Shown here one piece after another: positions 9,501-19,274 of a stretch of 64,000 nucleotides of DNA. The notes beneath the pieces were generated by a model. It was not told the DNA's origin. It saw only the letters and a program-made list of their open reading frames with translations, and ran no database searches. The stretch is from NCBI GenBank assembly GCA_964408485.1, contig CAYOZJ010000001.1:92366-156365 (forward strand), written 5' to 3'. Each line of letters starts with the position of its first letter. The stretch's first letter is position 1. Both the position numbers and the translations under genes were made by a program. This DNA comes from an uncultured Gammaproteobacteria bacterium. Its GTDB lineage: Bacteria > Patescibacteriota > Microgenomatia > Levybacterales > UBA12049.

Positions 9501-10753
9501 TGAAAACGAATAAGAATTCTGATATCATTACAAGTATGCAAGTACAAACACTAAAAGGATTCAGGGATTTTTTGGGAGCTGAAGCTCGAAAAAGAAAATA
9601 TGTTATGGACACTTTCAAAAGAGTGTTTGAGTCCTATGGATTTGAGCCACTTGAAACTCCTGTAATGGAATATGAGGAGATTCTTATGGGTAAATATGGT
9701 GAAGAGGGTGATAAATTAATGTATCGGTTTGAGGATAATGGGCAAAGACGTGTTGCACTTAGATACGACCAAACTGTTCCTAGTTCCCGATTTGTTGCAC
9801 AATACCTGAATACTCTTCCCATGCCTTTCAAGAGGTATCAAATGCAAAATGTATACCGCGCCGAGAATACACAAAAAGGACGGTATCGAGAGTTTTTACA
9901 ATGTGATATTGATATTTTTGGCATTGATTCTGCATTGGCAGATACAGAAATTATTCTTACCATGATAGCGAGTTATAAAGCGCTTGGTTTTAAGAATTTT
10001 AAGATTCTTCTTAACGACAGATCTAACTTTGAAGGACTTACTACAGAAACAATTATCGTAATTGATAAGCTTAAAAAAATTGGCGAGGACGGAGTCTGTC
10101 AAGAAATGGTTGATAAAGGAATTACGAAAACTAAAGAAGAAGCGTATAACTTACTCCAATCCGTGGTTGAAAAAAAACTAACAGAAAGACTAACTGAAGT
10201 GTTTGCTCTTCTTGAAAAAGAAGGAATCGATAAAGAGACTATTGTCTTCTCCCCTACTCTAGCTCGTGGACTTGATTACTACACAGGAATGATTATAGAA
10301 ATAGAAAGTCCTGATTATCCAGTTGGATCTCTCGCAGGGGGTGGACGATTTAATAATCTTATTGGCATGTTTGCAAACAAACAAATCCCAGCAGTTGGAA
10401 TTGCAGTTGGGTTTGATAGAACAATGGAAGCAATGGAAGCATTAGATTTATTTCCAAAAAATTTAAGCGAAGCATCAGCAAAAGTATTGGTAACAATCTT
10501 TAATAAAGAATTAGAAAAAAAATCATTGGAAATAAGTTCTCGCTTACGCTCGAACAATATAAATACTGAGGTCTACCTATCTGATTCTAAAATGGAAAAG
10601 CAGTTAAAATATGCTGATCAAAAAGGAATCCCGTATGTTGTGATTATTGGTCCAGAAGAACTAGATAAAAATGTTGTAACACTTAAGGATTTAAAAAATA
10701 GAACACAAGAACAAATGACTTTAGAAAACGTTATAAAAAAGCTTAATCAATAA
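9500..10753 (+). CDS. hisS: Histidine--tRNA ligase
   Basis: Class II aaRS motifs and HisRS signatures (GFRDFLG, RYDQTVP, QCDIDIFG, GGGRFNNL). C-terminal anticodon-binding domain. Confidence 0.95.
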   Translation: MKTNKNSDIITSMQVQTLKGFRDFLGAEARKRKYVMDTFKRVFESYGFEPLETPVMEYEEILMGKYGEEGDKLMYRFEDNGQRRVALRYDQTVPSSRFVAQYLNTLPMPFKRYQMQNVYRAENTQKGRYREFLQCDIDIFGIDSALADTEIILTMIASYKALGFKNFKILLNDRSNFEGLTTETIIVIDKLKKIGEDGVCQEMVDKGITKTKEEAYNLLQSVVEKKLTERLTEVFALLEKEGIDKETIVFSPTLARGLDYYTGMIIEIESPDYPVGSLAGGGRFNNLIGMFANKQIPAVGIAVGFDRTMEAMEALDLFPKNLSEASAKVLVTIFNKELEKKSLEISSRLRSNNINTEVYLSDSKMEKQLKYADQKGIPYVVIIGPEELDKNVVTLKDLKNRTQEQMTLENVIKKLNQ

Positions 10754-10798
10754 ATTCTGGATGCATCGCCTAAACGACTTACCAGAATGACCATGTCG

Positions 10799-11704
10799 TC
10801 ACTTCCCTATTAAAACAACTCCAACAAATGCAACAACTGCAGCAATAAGTTTTTTCCATAAATGGGATGTTTCTTTAAGTATAATAACAGCAAGTAAGAC
10901 GGTTAAAATAGTTGAAATTTGCGATATTGCAATGAGCTCTGCTGCATTTCGCGCAACTGCATAGGCTGAATAGATTGCAAACGCTGCTACTGCATATAAT
11001 GAAGAAAATAAAAACATTTTTAAAAAGGTTGGTCCATGGAAAAATTTTTTCATATGTTTTGTTGACTTTGGATAAATAATCCACGTAGCAAGAGCCGGCA
11101 GCAAGAATCCAAGCACTTCATATGAAGCAACATCACTGCCTCGGACAACATACGCATCATTGACAAATGCTATCCCTGTTGCTGCAGCGGCAATAAGTCC
11201 CCACCATGTCCCTTTATTAAATACAAATTTTCCTTCTCTATAACTCACCATCACAACGCTGAACAAAACAAGAAATGTACCAACAAATTGTAGAGGGAGA
11301 AAATGTTCGCCCAAAAAAGCGAATGCTGTAAAAATTGTCCAAAGCGATCGTGTCGCATACAAAATAATAAATTCAGATGCTTCGATGAAATGAATAGATT
11401 TAAACGAGAAGACTCCTGCAATAGTATATAGAATAATCATGACAATAAAGTTTGGCCAATAGTGAGCAATATTCGGCATATGAAAACCGGCAAACAAGGT
11501 ATAGATACCAATAATTATTGCGACTAAACCCTGGAATACAATGGAGTACGCAACAGGATCCGATTCATCATCTTTTAGAAGTATTTTTTGGACAAGTGTA
11601 GCTACAGCAACGCTCACCAAACTAATACTGACTAAGAATTGCCAGGAAGAAAAAGAGCCATGTTCTGATTGTACGGAAAAGTTATGAAAAAACACAAGAG
11701 ACAC
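10799..11704 (-). CDS. EamA/DMT family transporter
   Basis: Ten predicted TM helices in two EamA-like repeats. Confidence 0.75.
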   Translation of the reverse strand: MSLVFFHNFSVQSEHGSFSSWQFLVSISLVSVAVATLVQKILLKDDESDPVAYSIVFQGLVAIIIGIYTLFAGFHMPNIAHYWPNFIVMIILYTIAGVFSFKSIHFIEASEFIILYATRSLWTIFTAFAFLGEHFLPLQFVGTFLVLFSVVMVSYREGKFVFNKGTWWGLIAAAATGIAFVNDAYVVRGSDVASYEVLGFLLPALATWIIYPKSTKHMKKFFHGPTFLKMFLFSSLYAVAAFAIYSAYAVARNAAELIAISQISTILTVLLAVIILKETSHLWKKLIAAVVAFVGVVLIGK

Positions 11705-11749
11705 TTCCCTCTTGCGTAGTATTAAGAAATGCTTTCATAATAGATTTAT

Positions 11750-11818
11750 CGTCATTGCGAGCAAAACGCGAAGCAATCTTATAAGATCGCCACGGGAATT
11801 CCTGTTCCCTCGCGATGA
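11750..11818. repeat. Intergenic copy of the ~70-bp palindromic element (TIR GTCATTGCGAG...CTCGCGATGAC)
   Basis: Same terminal inverted repeats as the in-frame copies inside nadE, nadD and dnaX. Confidence 0.7.
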
Positions 11819-11822
11819 CAAA

Positions 11823-11861
11823 AAGAGATCCTTCGACTCTGTTTCACTTCGCTCAGGATGA
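11823..11861. repeat. Short repeat of the family GAGATCCTTCG...GCTCAGGATGAC
   Basis: Related copies at 43975-44008, 48205-48232, 60555-60625 and 63003-63032, plus a hairpin variant at 58490-58545. Confidence 0.65.
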
Positions 11862-11870
11862 CAACAGTAT

Positions 11871-12779
11871 ATGAAAAAGGCGAAACTTGGAATTCTTGCT
11901 CTTATCGTTGCAACTATTATCTGGGGAGCTGGTGCGCCAATTTTTAAATGGGCGCTTGTTGGAATTGCTCCCGAGCTCTTGGCATTTTTCCGTTTTGTCA
12001 TTCCGGTTATTCTTTTACTACCGTTTGCAAAGCATATCCAAAAAGTAAGACCTAAAGATTTGCCATTTATGCTAAGTCTTGGGATTGTTAATTGTGTTTT
12101 TAACATAGGACTCTATTTCTTAGGCCTATCTTTTGCACCAAGCATTAATCAATCAATTATTGCTTGCGCTGGACCTATTTTTATTATTATTGGATCCAGT
12201 ATTTTCCTTAAAGACAGGGCAACAAAGAAAATTTTGCTTGGTAATATTATTGGTCTGACTGGTGTCTTATTTATTGTTTTTCAACCAGTCAGAGGAATTA
12301 GTACACCCCTCGCACTTTTAGGCAATACACTTTTTATTCTATCTACTTTTTCCGCATCTATGGGTACCATACTGTCGCGAAAATTGGCTGAGCGCTATAA
12401 CCCGATAACGCTTATTTTCTGGAGCTTTTTAGTTGCAAGCATCTGCATGTCTCCATTTTTCTTTCATTCCCTTGCCAACAACACACTCATGAGTAGCATC
12501 AACACAAGAAGCCTGGTTGGCATCTTTTTTGGAGGGATTTTCTCTTCATTTACAGCATACTTATTATTCTATTTCGGGCTTCATTACATAAAGGCATCAG
12601 AAATCACCATTTTTACCTATATTGACCCTGTGGTAACTGTCCTTATTGCAGCTCCTCTTCTTCATGAATATCCTAATCTCATCTTTATTTTGGGCGCATT
12701 TTTGGTCTTTTTTGGCATTTTTGTGGCTGAAGGACGCATTCATTACCATCCGATACACAAGCTTTTTACCAAAGCTTGA
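11871..12779 (+). CDS. EamA/DMT family transporter (divergent paralogue of the upstream gene)
   Basis: Ten TM helices and EamA repeats. Divergently arranged with 10799..11704. Confidence 0.75.
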   Translation: MKKAKLGILALIVATIIWGAGAPIFKWALVGIAPELLAFFRFVIPVILLLPFAKHIQKVRPKDLPFMLSLGIVNCVFNIGLYFLGLSFAPSINQSIIACAGPIFIIIGSSIFLKDRATKKILLGNIIGLTGVLFIVFQPVRGISTPLALLGNTLFILSTFSASMGTILSRKLAERYNPITLIFWSFLVASICMSPFFFHSLANNTLMSSINTRSLVGIFFGGIFSSFTAYLLFYFGLHYIKASEITIFTYIDPVVTVLIAAPLLHEYPNLIFILGAFLVFFGIFVAEGRIHYHPIHKLFTKA

Positions 12780-12830
12780 ATTTCTAATTTCTAATTCCTA
12801 ATTTTTAATCAATTCCCAAATTTTCAATAC
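12780..12830. repeat. Partial copy of the TAATTAGGT-arm intergenic element
   Basis: TTTCTAATTTCTAATTCCTAATTTTTAATCAATTCCCAAATTTTCAATAC is near-identical to the left half of the element at 53375-53500. Confidence 0.55.
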
Positions 12831-12858
12831 AAAATAGCCTATATCGTAACGTAAGTAA

Positions 12859-13012
12859 AGGCCATGCGAACCGAAATAAAACTGAATCAAAAGTTGCTTG
12901 TGTGCATTATGATATCAGACTGGTAAGCAACTTTTGCTTAGCGAAGTTGGAATGGCTGTTGAAACCTAGAAAACCAAACTAAGCGTCATGTTTTATTTTG
13001 GTAAACATGGCC
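12859..13012. other. Structured intergenic element (candidate sRNA or MITE) with nested perfect stems
   Basis: Outer 10-bp inverted repeat AAAGGCCATG/CATGGCCTTT encloses an inner perfect 12-bp stem CAAAAGTTGCTT/AAGCAACTTTTG with a 24-nt loop. Sits just upstream of the rpmE promoter. Confidence 0.35.
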
Positions 13013-13027
13013 TTTTAGCCTTAATTA

Positions 13028-13056
13028 TTGCCTTTTCCACCTCTTTTTGCTATACT
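13028..13056 (+). promoter_or_regulatory. Sigma70-like promoter TTGCCT-17-TATACT, 7 nt upstream of the rpmE ATG
   Basis: Consensus spacing. Implies a leaderless or near-leaderless rpmE mRNA. Confidence 0.5.
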
Positions 13057-13063
13057 ATTACCT

Positions 13064-13363
13064 ATGAAACAAGGAATTCACCCACAATTTTTCCAAGCAA
13101 CCGTAACATGCTCTTCTTGTGGTACAAAATTTACCATAGGCTCAACTCAAGAAACATTCCATATTGAGCTTTGCTCTCATTGCCACCCATTCTACACAGG
13201 CGAAGAGAGATTTGTTGATACAGCATCCAAAATTGATAAGTTTAATAAAGCCAGAGATTTGGCACAGCAAATTAAAGCTAAAATGGTTGCTAAGAAAGAA
13301 GAGCAAGTACGAAAAGATAACGCTCCAAAGACACTAGCTGAAATGCTTGCTGCAGCAAAGTAG
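13064..13363 (+). CDS. rpmE: 50S ribosomal protein L31
   Basis: MKQGIHPQF..CSSCG...CSHCHPFYTG matches the L31 CxxC...CxxC signature. Lys-rich C-terminal extension. Confidence 0.85.
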   Translation: MKQGIHPQFFQATVTCSSCGTKFTIGSTQETFHIELCSHCHPFYTGEERFVDTASKIDKFNKARDLAQQIKAKMVAKKEEQVRKDNAPKTLAEMLAAAK

Positions 13364-13462
13364 CAGTCCTCATTTAACCTCGCAGTATGCCGTATGAATC
13401 ATGCAATACGCAATGTTATAATAAGCATAATTCATGTTGCATAGTGCATAATTCATAAACTT

Positions 13463-14371
13463 ATGGAAGACTACCGACTTGTACAAATTAAAGAGCTCGA
13501 AGATAAAATTGCCGAGACACAAAAACTCCTGGGAGACCCTGATATGGCTGAAATGGCACAGGATGAAATTAATCAATTAGAGCAAGAGAAAGCTGCTATC
13601 GAAGAAACAATGAAGCCTGAGCCAATTGAAGACACTCTCAACGAACGGAATGTTATTTTGGAGGTAAATGGCGCAGCAGGAGGAGAAGAGGCTAAGATTT
13701 GGGCAGATGAGTTGCTTCGTATGTACCAACGCTATGCAATCGAACATGGCTTTAAGGTTGAAGGCGTAGACGAAAATGTTATTACTATTTCGGGACACAA
13801 TGCATTTGGAACCTTTAAATACGAAGCAGGCGTCCATAGAGTGCAAAGAATCCCAGAGACCGAGAAAAAAGGCAGACTCCACACATCCACAGCAACTATT
13901 TATATTCTTCCAGAGCTGGAAGATATTGATTTACATATTGATCCACAAGATGTCACCTTTGAAGCATTTAGAGCAGGCGGACACGGTGGACAAAATGTCA
14001 ACAAAGTGAGTACTGCAGTACGACTTAAGCATATCCCTAGTGGCATTGTTGTAGTGAGTCGATCTGAAAGATTTCAAGGACAAAACAGAGAGATTGCCAT
14101 GGAAATGCTCAGAGCCAAACTCTGGGAAAAAGCACTGGAAGAGCAAAATGCAGAAGTTGGAGCACTTCGTTCAACCCAAGTTGGACGTGGCATGCGAAGT
14201 GAAAAAATCAGGACATATAATTTTCCGCAAGATAGACTAACAGATCATAGACTTGGTGAATCCTGGCATAATCTGCCAATACGTATGGAGGGACAAATTG
14301 ATGACATTATTAAAGACATGCAAAAGCTAGAAACCCAAGACGCCCTCCCCCCTACTTCCAATGAAGAATAA
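13463..14371 (+). CDS. prfA: Peptide chain release factor 1
   Basis: GGQ motif ([11 protein letters not shown]) and a PET tripeptide in the RF1 PxT position ([13 protein letters not shown]). Confidence 0.9.
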   Translation: MEDYRLVQIKELEDKIAETQKLLGDPDMAEMAQDEINQLEQEKAAIEETMKPEPIEDTLNERNVILEVNGAAGGEEAKIWADELLRMYQRYAIEHGFKVEGVDENVITISGHNAFGTFKYEAGVHRVQRIPETEKKGRLHTSTATIYILPELEDIDLHIDPQDVTFEAFRAGGHGGQNVNKVSTAVRLKHIPSGIVVVSRSERFQGQNREIAMEMLRAKLWEKALEEQNAEVGALRSTQVGRGMRSEKIRTYNFPQDRLTDHRLGESWHNLPIRMEGQIDDIIKDMQKLETQDALPPTSNEE

Positions 14372-15352
14372 TCAGGAGTTTTGTAGTATTCTAATTTTCT
14401 TAAAGTTTTTGCCTATTTCATTCAAGCCGTCTATTTGAATATCTTCGAAATCAAACTTCGCTTCTTCTAACTGCTTTGGACTAAGCACCAATTCCGCAAA
14501 TGAATCTCCTTCTTTTTGCAATGCTCCCACTCCTGCCCAAAATTTTGCGTATGATCTCTTTGTACTGCCTGTTACAATAAGTCCATCATATTTCCCAGGA
14601 CATGTTGGAATAAGTCGTGGATCTTCCAAATATTTTAAAAGTGTAGGTGTATTAAAAATTGCTTGATGCTCCCATTCTACTTTCTCCATCCACTGCGAAT
14701 CGCTATCTTGATTTGGTCGAAGCTTTACATTTAACTGCGTTGCTAATTTCATCTTCTCATCCATTTCTGGATATTTACCGTTATTCTTCTTAAGTAATTC
14801 TTGTTTGGCTACTTCCAGTTCTTGATCGTATTCTGAAAGATCTTTAAATTCCTCTGCATGACGTCTATAGGTAACAGTTACGCCGTTAGGAATATACTGC
14901 TTAAGAAAACCAAGCATTTTTCTAAAACTTTCGGAATATTTATCTGTTTCACTGCGGGGAACGTTATTAAGAGACTCTATAGAAACGTCTTGTGAGTAAT
15001 AATCAAACCGCGCACCGTATTCATACACAGAAGCAATCCCCTTCATCCATTCAAGAAAGTAGGTTGCGCTAAATAATTCTGCCCAGTCAACTTCTGGTGC
15101 TTCATCAAACCGCCATAATTTATTTCCACCAAACAAGCTACTAATTGTAATGGGTTGCTTTTCTTCCACTGCCAAGTGAATTGCCTTTTTTGCAATGGCA
15201 ACAATCAGATCGTCAGCTTTAAGTTTTCTGAATTTTTTAGACATGACCTTTGCGTAGATAGCATCTTCTAGTGGAGTGCTACCAATGTCTTCCTCTTTTA
15301 CTGGCTCTTTCAGATGCTTAAGTGTAGATAGAATATATTCTTTAGGTGTCAT
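14372..15352 (-). CDS. Hypothetical protein, 326 aa, acidic and cytoplasmic
   Basis: Long ORF with no recognisable motifs. Convergent with prfA; the two stop codons abut. Confidence 0.45.
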   Translation of the reverse strand: MTPKEYILSTLKHLKEPVKEEDIGSTPLEDAIYAKVMSKKFRKLKADDLIVAIAKKAIHLAVEEKQPITISSLFGGNKLWRFDEAPEVDWAELFSATYFLEWMKGIASVYEYGARFDYYSQDVSIESLNNVPRSETDKYSESFRKMLGFLKQYIPNGVTVTYRRHAEEFKDLSEYDQELEVAKQELLKKNNGKYPEMDEKMKLATQLNVKLRPNQDSDSQWMEKVEWEHQAIFNTPTLLKYLEDPRLIPTCPGKYDGLIVTGSTKRSYAKFWAGVGALQKEGDSFAELVLSPKQLEEAKFDFEDIQIDGLNEIGKNFKKIRILQNS

Positions 15353-15473
15353 TTTGGAGATGCGGGGAGGAATTAAACCTCCGTCTTTTGTCTTGCGGAC
15401 AAACGCCTTAACACTTGACTACCGCATCACAAGCATTATACCAAGAATATAGCTATTTGCCCATAAAAGATTT

Positions 15474-16673
15474 TTGTGTAACAATTATTTCATGCCCATC
15501 CTTAAGCATCCGAAATTCCCCATAGCGCTATTTGTCCCCCGTCTTCTTACTGTTTTGCTTTTGCTCACAGTAGGAGTAGGAATTATTTTGGGTGTTAGGT
15601 TTTATCAGGAAAACCAAAACAAAAATTCTTTATCTAAACAATTACAGCTCACGCAAAAAGAATTAACTGCTCTTAAAAATGTTGACCAGTATAAAAGAAA
15701 TAATGATCTGCAAACAACAATCTCTGCTATTCAAAAAACATTTTCCCAAACAGTAGATAGCTATCAAGATTTAGTAGATCTCAAACCAAACCTTAAAGAC
15801 TCATCCGATTTTGACACTCTCTTTGCACAGGTTTTAAAGTATCTTTCAGATAAAAATTATGCGTCAGGAGCTGCAAGCTTGGACAAGCTGAATAAACAAA
15901 TTACTGCAGAAAAAGCAAAAATAGCAGCAGCTTCTATCCCATCAGTCCCACAAAATGCTCCTGCAAATAATGCAGCTCCGGGAAATGGATACAGTCGACA
16001 ATCTGTCTCAACACCGAATGGTAATTTTGTTGTCGATATTATTGCCGGAGACATAGGATCGACTCGTGTTGTTGTTGATACTGCTAGTGATGGAGATTGC
16101 GGAAATAATTGCCCAACCCTTCCCCTCTCTACCTATGTAAGTAGGAGCGGCGCATATGCAGGAATTAATGGATCATTTTTTTGTCCTACAGAATATCCAT
16201 CATGTGCGGGCAAAACAGGATCTTTTGATTTGCTTGTAATGAATAAAAATAAAGTCTACTTCAACTCATCTAATAACGTATACAGTACTAATCCTGCAGT
16301 GATTTTTGGCAGCGGATTTGTTCGTTTTGTTGGGCAAGCGTTGCAATGGGGACGAGACACAGGTGTTGATGGAGTACTATCTAATTTCCCTATGCTTGTG
16401 TCAGGAGGAGGAGTTGTTTTCTCAGGAAGTGATGATCCAAAATTTGGCAGTAAGGGAGCACGAGGATTTGTTGCCAATAAAGGTAATACGGTCTATATTG
16501 GTGATGTTTATAACGCAACCATGTCAGACAGCGCAGTTGTTATGAAGGCATTGGGAATGGATAATGCAATGAATTTAGACGAAGGTGGATCTACAGCACT
16601 TATGTTTAATGGAAGTTACTTAGCAGGACCCGGAAGAAACATTCCAAATGCAATTTTATTTTTACATAGGTAG
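15474..16673 (+). CDS. Phosphodiester glycosidase family protein (NAGPA-like), membrane-anchored
   Basis: N-terminal TM helix. C-terminal DEGGSTAL...GPGRNIPNAI block is typical of the phosphodiester glycosidase domain. Confidence 0.5.
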   Translation: MCNNYFMPILKHPKFPIALFVPRLLTVLLLLTVGVGIILGVRFYQENQNKNSLSKQLQLTQKELTALKNVDQYKRNNDLQTTISAIQKTFSQTVDSYQDLVDLKPNLKDSSDFDTLFAQVLKYLSDKNYASGAASLDKLNKQITAEKAKIAAASIPSVPQNAPANNAAPGNGYSRQSVSTPNGNFVVDIIAGDIGSTRVVVDTASDGDCGNNCPTLPLSTYVSRSGAYAGINGSFFCPTEYPSCAGKTGSFDLLVMNKNKVYFNSSNNVYSTNPAVIFGSGFVRFVGQALQWGRDTGVDGVLSNFPMLVSGGGVVFSGSDDPKFGSKGARGFVANKGNTVYIGDVYNATMSDSAVVMKALGMDNAMNLDEGGSTALMFNGSYLAGPGRNIPNAILFLHR

Positions 16674-16674
16674 A

Positions 16675-16938
16675 TTAATGAGTGTGTGCTGCTTGTTCTA
16701 ATTTGATAATTCTTTCCGTGTGATCTTGAATATCGTGTTTTATAAAATCCTGATCTTCTCTCATTTGCTCTAGTGACGAAAAATATTTATCCATTCTCGT
16801 TAGCACTTCGTCCTTATATTCATCAAACTTTTCAAGTAAAAAATTTGTCTGATGCTCCAATGCGTTTTTAAGCTTACTTTCTGTTACAATCGGATCGAGA
16901 ACTTTATTCTTCATATTTTTACTATAATGAAGAACCAC
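16675..16938 (-). CDS. Hypothetical coiled-coil protein
   Basis: Charged, helical composition. Confidence 0.35.
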   Translation of the reverse strand: MVLHYSKNMKNKVLDPIVTESKLKNALEHQTNFLLEKFDEYKDEVLTRMDKYFSSLEQMREDQDFIKHDIQDHTERIIKLEQAAHTH

Positions 16939-16956
16939 TAGTCTGTCAACAAAACC

Positions 16957-17343
16957 TTAGAACAGATTCATTCTATTGAATGCCCAGAGAATAATAATTC
17001 CCAATGCTAAGGAAATAAATGAATACGAAACAAGTGGTGTCGCATCAAAAATGCCTGTTAAACCCCGCCATACCAAAACAACACCTGCAGTAATGATAAG
17101 AGGAAATAGCAATTTGTGATGTTTGGCTTTGGTAATAAGATTTTGCTGTACCATACTAATGGATTCAACCTTTTCAAATTGTTCTTCCACTTCTTTTCCT
17201 TCTTTCTCCTCAACAACTACCTGCTCTAGGATAACATTCTGCTTTTCTGCTAAATCTTTTTGCTGATCAATAACCGTATCAACTTTACTCAGAAGCTCTT
17301 CTACTTTTTTATCTACTTTTTGGGCAATTTTTGGATCATCCAT
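16957..17343 (-). CDS. Hypothetical protein with C-terminal TM anchor
   Basis: Acidic coiled-coil N-terminus and two C-terminal hydrophobic helices. Confidence 0.4.
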   Translation of the reverse strand: MDDPKIAQKVDKKVEELLSKVDTVIDQQKDLAEKQNVILEQVVVEEKEGKEVEEQFEKVESISMVQQNLITKAKHHKLLFPLIITAGVVLVWRGLTGIFDATPLVSYSFISLALGIIILWAFNRMNLF

Positions 17344-17405
17344 GTAGTATCTAGGATATCTAATTTTGAGGGTATTTGCAAGAAATGATAATTATAATGG
17401 AGGTT

Positions 17406-17720
17406 TTATACATTGGGCTCGTGCACAATTCTTATACGACGTCCATCCTGATCAGTACCAGATGCTTCCTGTTTGTCAAATGATGTTCGCCTATTACCAA
17501 GTCCATTCCCTCTTGCATATCCTCTTCCATCAGTGTCACGGACTGAGATCTTATCTAACATTTCTGTCCCACTAGTAACCTGTCCTACTTTTTTACCATC
17601 AATATAAAGAGTTGTTTTTAATTGAGGATACACAGAAACATGATCCAATCGAGGATAACCCCATGGACGAGCGTTGTGTCCTGAAGCAACTTTTCTATTT
17701 GGCATATTTCTTTCTACCAT
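17406..17720 (-). CDS. Small basic Gly/Arg-rich hypothetical protein
   Basis: 104-aa ORF, disordered composition. Confidence 0.3.
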   Translation of the reverse strand: MVERNMPNRKVASGHNARPWGYPRLDHVSVYPQLKTTLYIDGKKVGQVTSGTEMLDKISVRDTDGRGYARGNGLGNRRTSFDKQEASGTDQDGRRIRIVHEPNV

Positions 17721-17877
17721 GGAGATATTTTAGCACTATATACCCTTTTGTGCTTGACTAAATTTTGACTGGATCCTGACTGTAATTCTGTAAGGAACTT
17801 ACTAGATAGCTTGAGCGGAGGCGAAAACATATACAGCAGAATTTCCTGGTATCACGAAGTGATAAATTCTACTAATT

Positions 17878-18597
17878 TTATCTGTGGTCTTTATACTGTT
17901 GGTGAAGAGGCTTGTGGCGGACAACTTCGGAAACAAAGTTAAATCCATATTTTGCAGCTGTTCGCAACACTCCTTCTGCTTCTATTCTTCGTCCGGAGCT
18001 ATCTACCAAAGACCTGCGGAGGAATTTTACTTTACCGATTTTATGAAGTCTCCTGGCAATATCGGTATCTTCGCCGTAAAACTCGATATTTTGGTCAAAT
18101 CCACCAATTTTTAGAAGTACAGACCGCTTGGCGACAAAATTTGCCCCTAAAATCATATATTGCATAAGCAGCTTGTATGTTGGGTATGCGAGAAAATTCC
18201 ACCACGACCAAACCAAAACGCGCTTCCACTTGGACACATCATACAGATTATACGGCGCAGACAGACATACCAGCCTCGGATTTTTTTCAAATTCCCTAAG
18301 TACGCGATGAAACCATCCGGGCTTTACATGGGTATCTGCATCAATATAGGCAACCAAATCCCCTTTTGCAGCCATAAGTCCTGCCTGACGAGCACGGGTA
18401 AGTCCCTTTCTTTTTTCGTGAACAACTTTTACTCCCTTGTATTTTTTAGCTATTGTCGAGGTCTTATCTGTTGAGGCATTATCGACAACAATAATTTCAA
18501 AAATATCATCTCCTGCCTGAGTGATGAGCTCTTCCAAACACGCACCAATATATTTTTCTTCATTGTAGGCTGGAATGACAACAGACAATTTCATCAT
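17878..18597 (-). CDS. Family 2 glycosyltransferase
   Basis: MKLSVVIPAYNEE...VVDNASTDKT...DAD motif. Start trimmed from the ORF-track extension, which would overlap the NUDIX gene. Confidence 0.8.
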   Translation of the reverse strand: MMKLSVVIPAYNEEKYIGACLEELITQAGDDIFEIIVVDNASTDKTSTIAKKYKGVKVVHEKRKGLTRARQAGLMAAKGDLVAYIDADTHVKPGWFHRVLREFEKNPRLVCLSAPYNLYDVSKWKRVLVWSWWNFLAYPTYKLLMQYMILGANFVAKRSVLLKIGGFDQNIEFYGEDTDIARRLHKIGKVKFLRRSLVDSSGRRIEAEGVLRTAAKYGFNFVSEVVRHKPLHQQYKDHR

Positions 18598-18622
18598 ATA
18601 TTCATTATAGCAAAGTGCGCAT

Positions 18623-19138
18623 CTATAAACCCAATTCCTTAGCAAAGTAACGTTTTAAAGCAATCACCATAATAGGGTGAAGTCTGTCTTTTTCTTCATC
18701 AATCATACGACGCATTACTTCCCAACTAACAAACTGAACAGCATCCACTTCTTCCGTATGCTCCTCTATTGGTCCATCAAAAACAGTTGTATATATCTTA
18801 TAAATAACAGGAGCGCCTGATTGCTCTACATGTGCTCCTTCACCGCGAAAGATAAAATCTTTTTCTTCAAATATAACGCCAATTTCTTCTTTTCCCTCTC
18901 TTACCAACCCTTTTTGATATGATTCCCCTTTTCTCACATGTCCTCCAAAAGAAAATGACCAATGAGAAGGATAGGCGCTTTTGCTGGCTGAGCGAAGTTG
19001 AAGAAGTATTTCTCCTCCCTCATTGGAAAGCATACAGACGACTACATGATGCCTAAGCTTTTCTTGATGGACTTTTTCATATGAAGCGCTACCTATAACT
19101 TCATCTTTCTCGTTGATAATATCTAATATTTCTCTCAT
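18623..19138 (-). CDS. NUDIX hydrolase
   Basis: Nudix box GGHVRKGESYQKGLVREGKEEIG. Confidence 0.8.
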   Translation of the reverse strand: MREILDIINEKDEVIGSASYEKVHQEKLRHHVVVCMLSNEGGEILLQLRSASKSAYPSHWSFSFGGHVRKGESYQKGLVREGKEEIGVIFEEKDFIFRGEGAHVEQSGAPVIYKIYTTVFDGPIEEHTEEVDAVQFVSWEVMRRMIDEEKDRLHPIMVIALKRYFAKELGL

Positions 19139-19274
19139 AGTTCTCGACTTCCCGACTCGGTACTAGTGCTCGATTCAGCATTTTCCTCGCCGAGGTGGCG
19201 TTCGCCAAACTGTCGCACACGTTCGCTCGAACAATAAACCTTTCTTTACGCTTTACGCTTTACCATTTACGCTT

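Noticed and set aside
11735-12106. Minus-strand ORF 11735..12106 spanning the intergenic repeat region
   Set aside because: It is a translation of the intergenic repeat copies (giving the recurrent HPERSE peptide) and is antisense to the start of the EamA gene. It is not a real gene.
17741-17800. GTGCTTGACT motif at 17745 resembling the 50151 promoter upstream box
   Set aside because: No acceptable -10 hexamer lies at 16-18 nt spacing in the plus orientation, and the downstream gene is on the opposite strand. It is probably a chance or degenerate copy.
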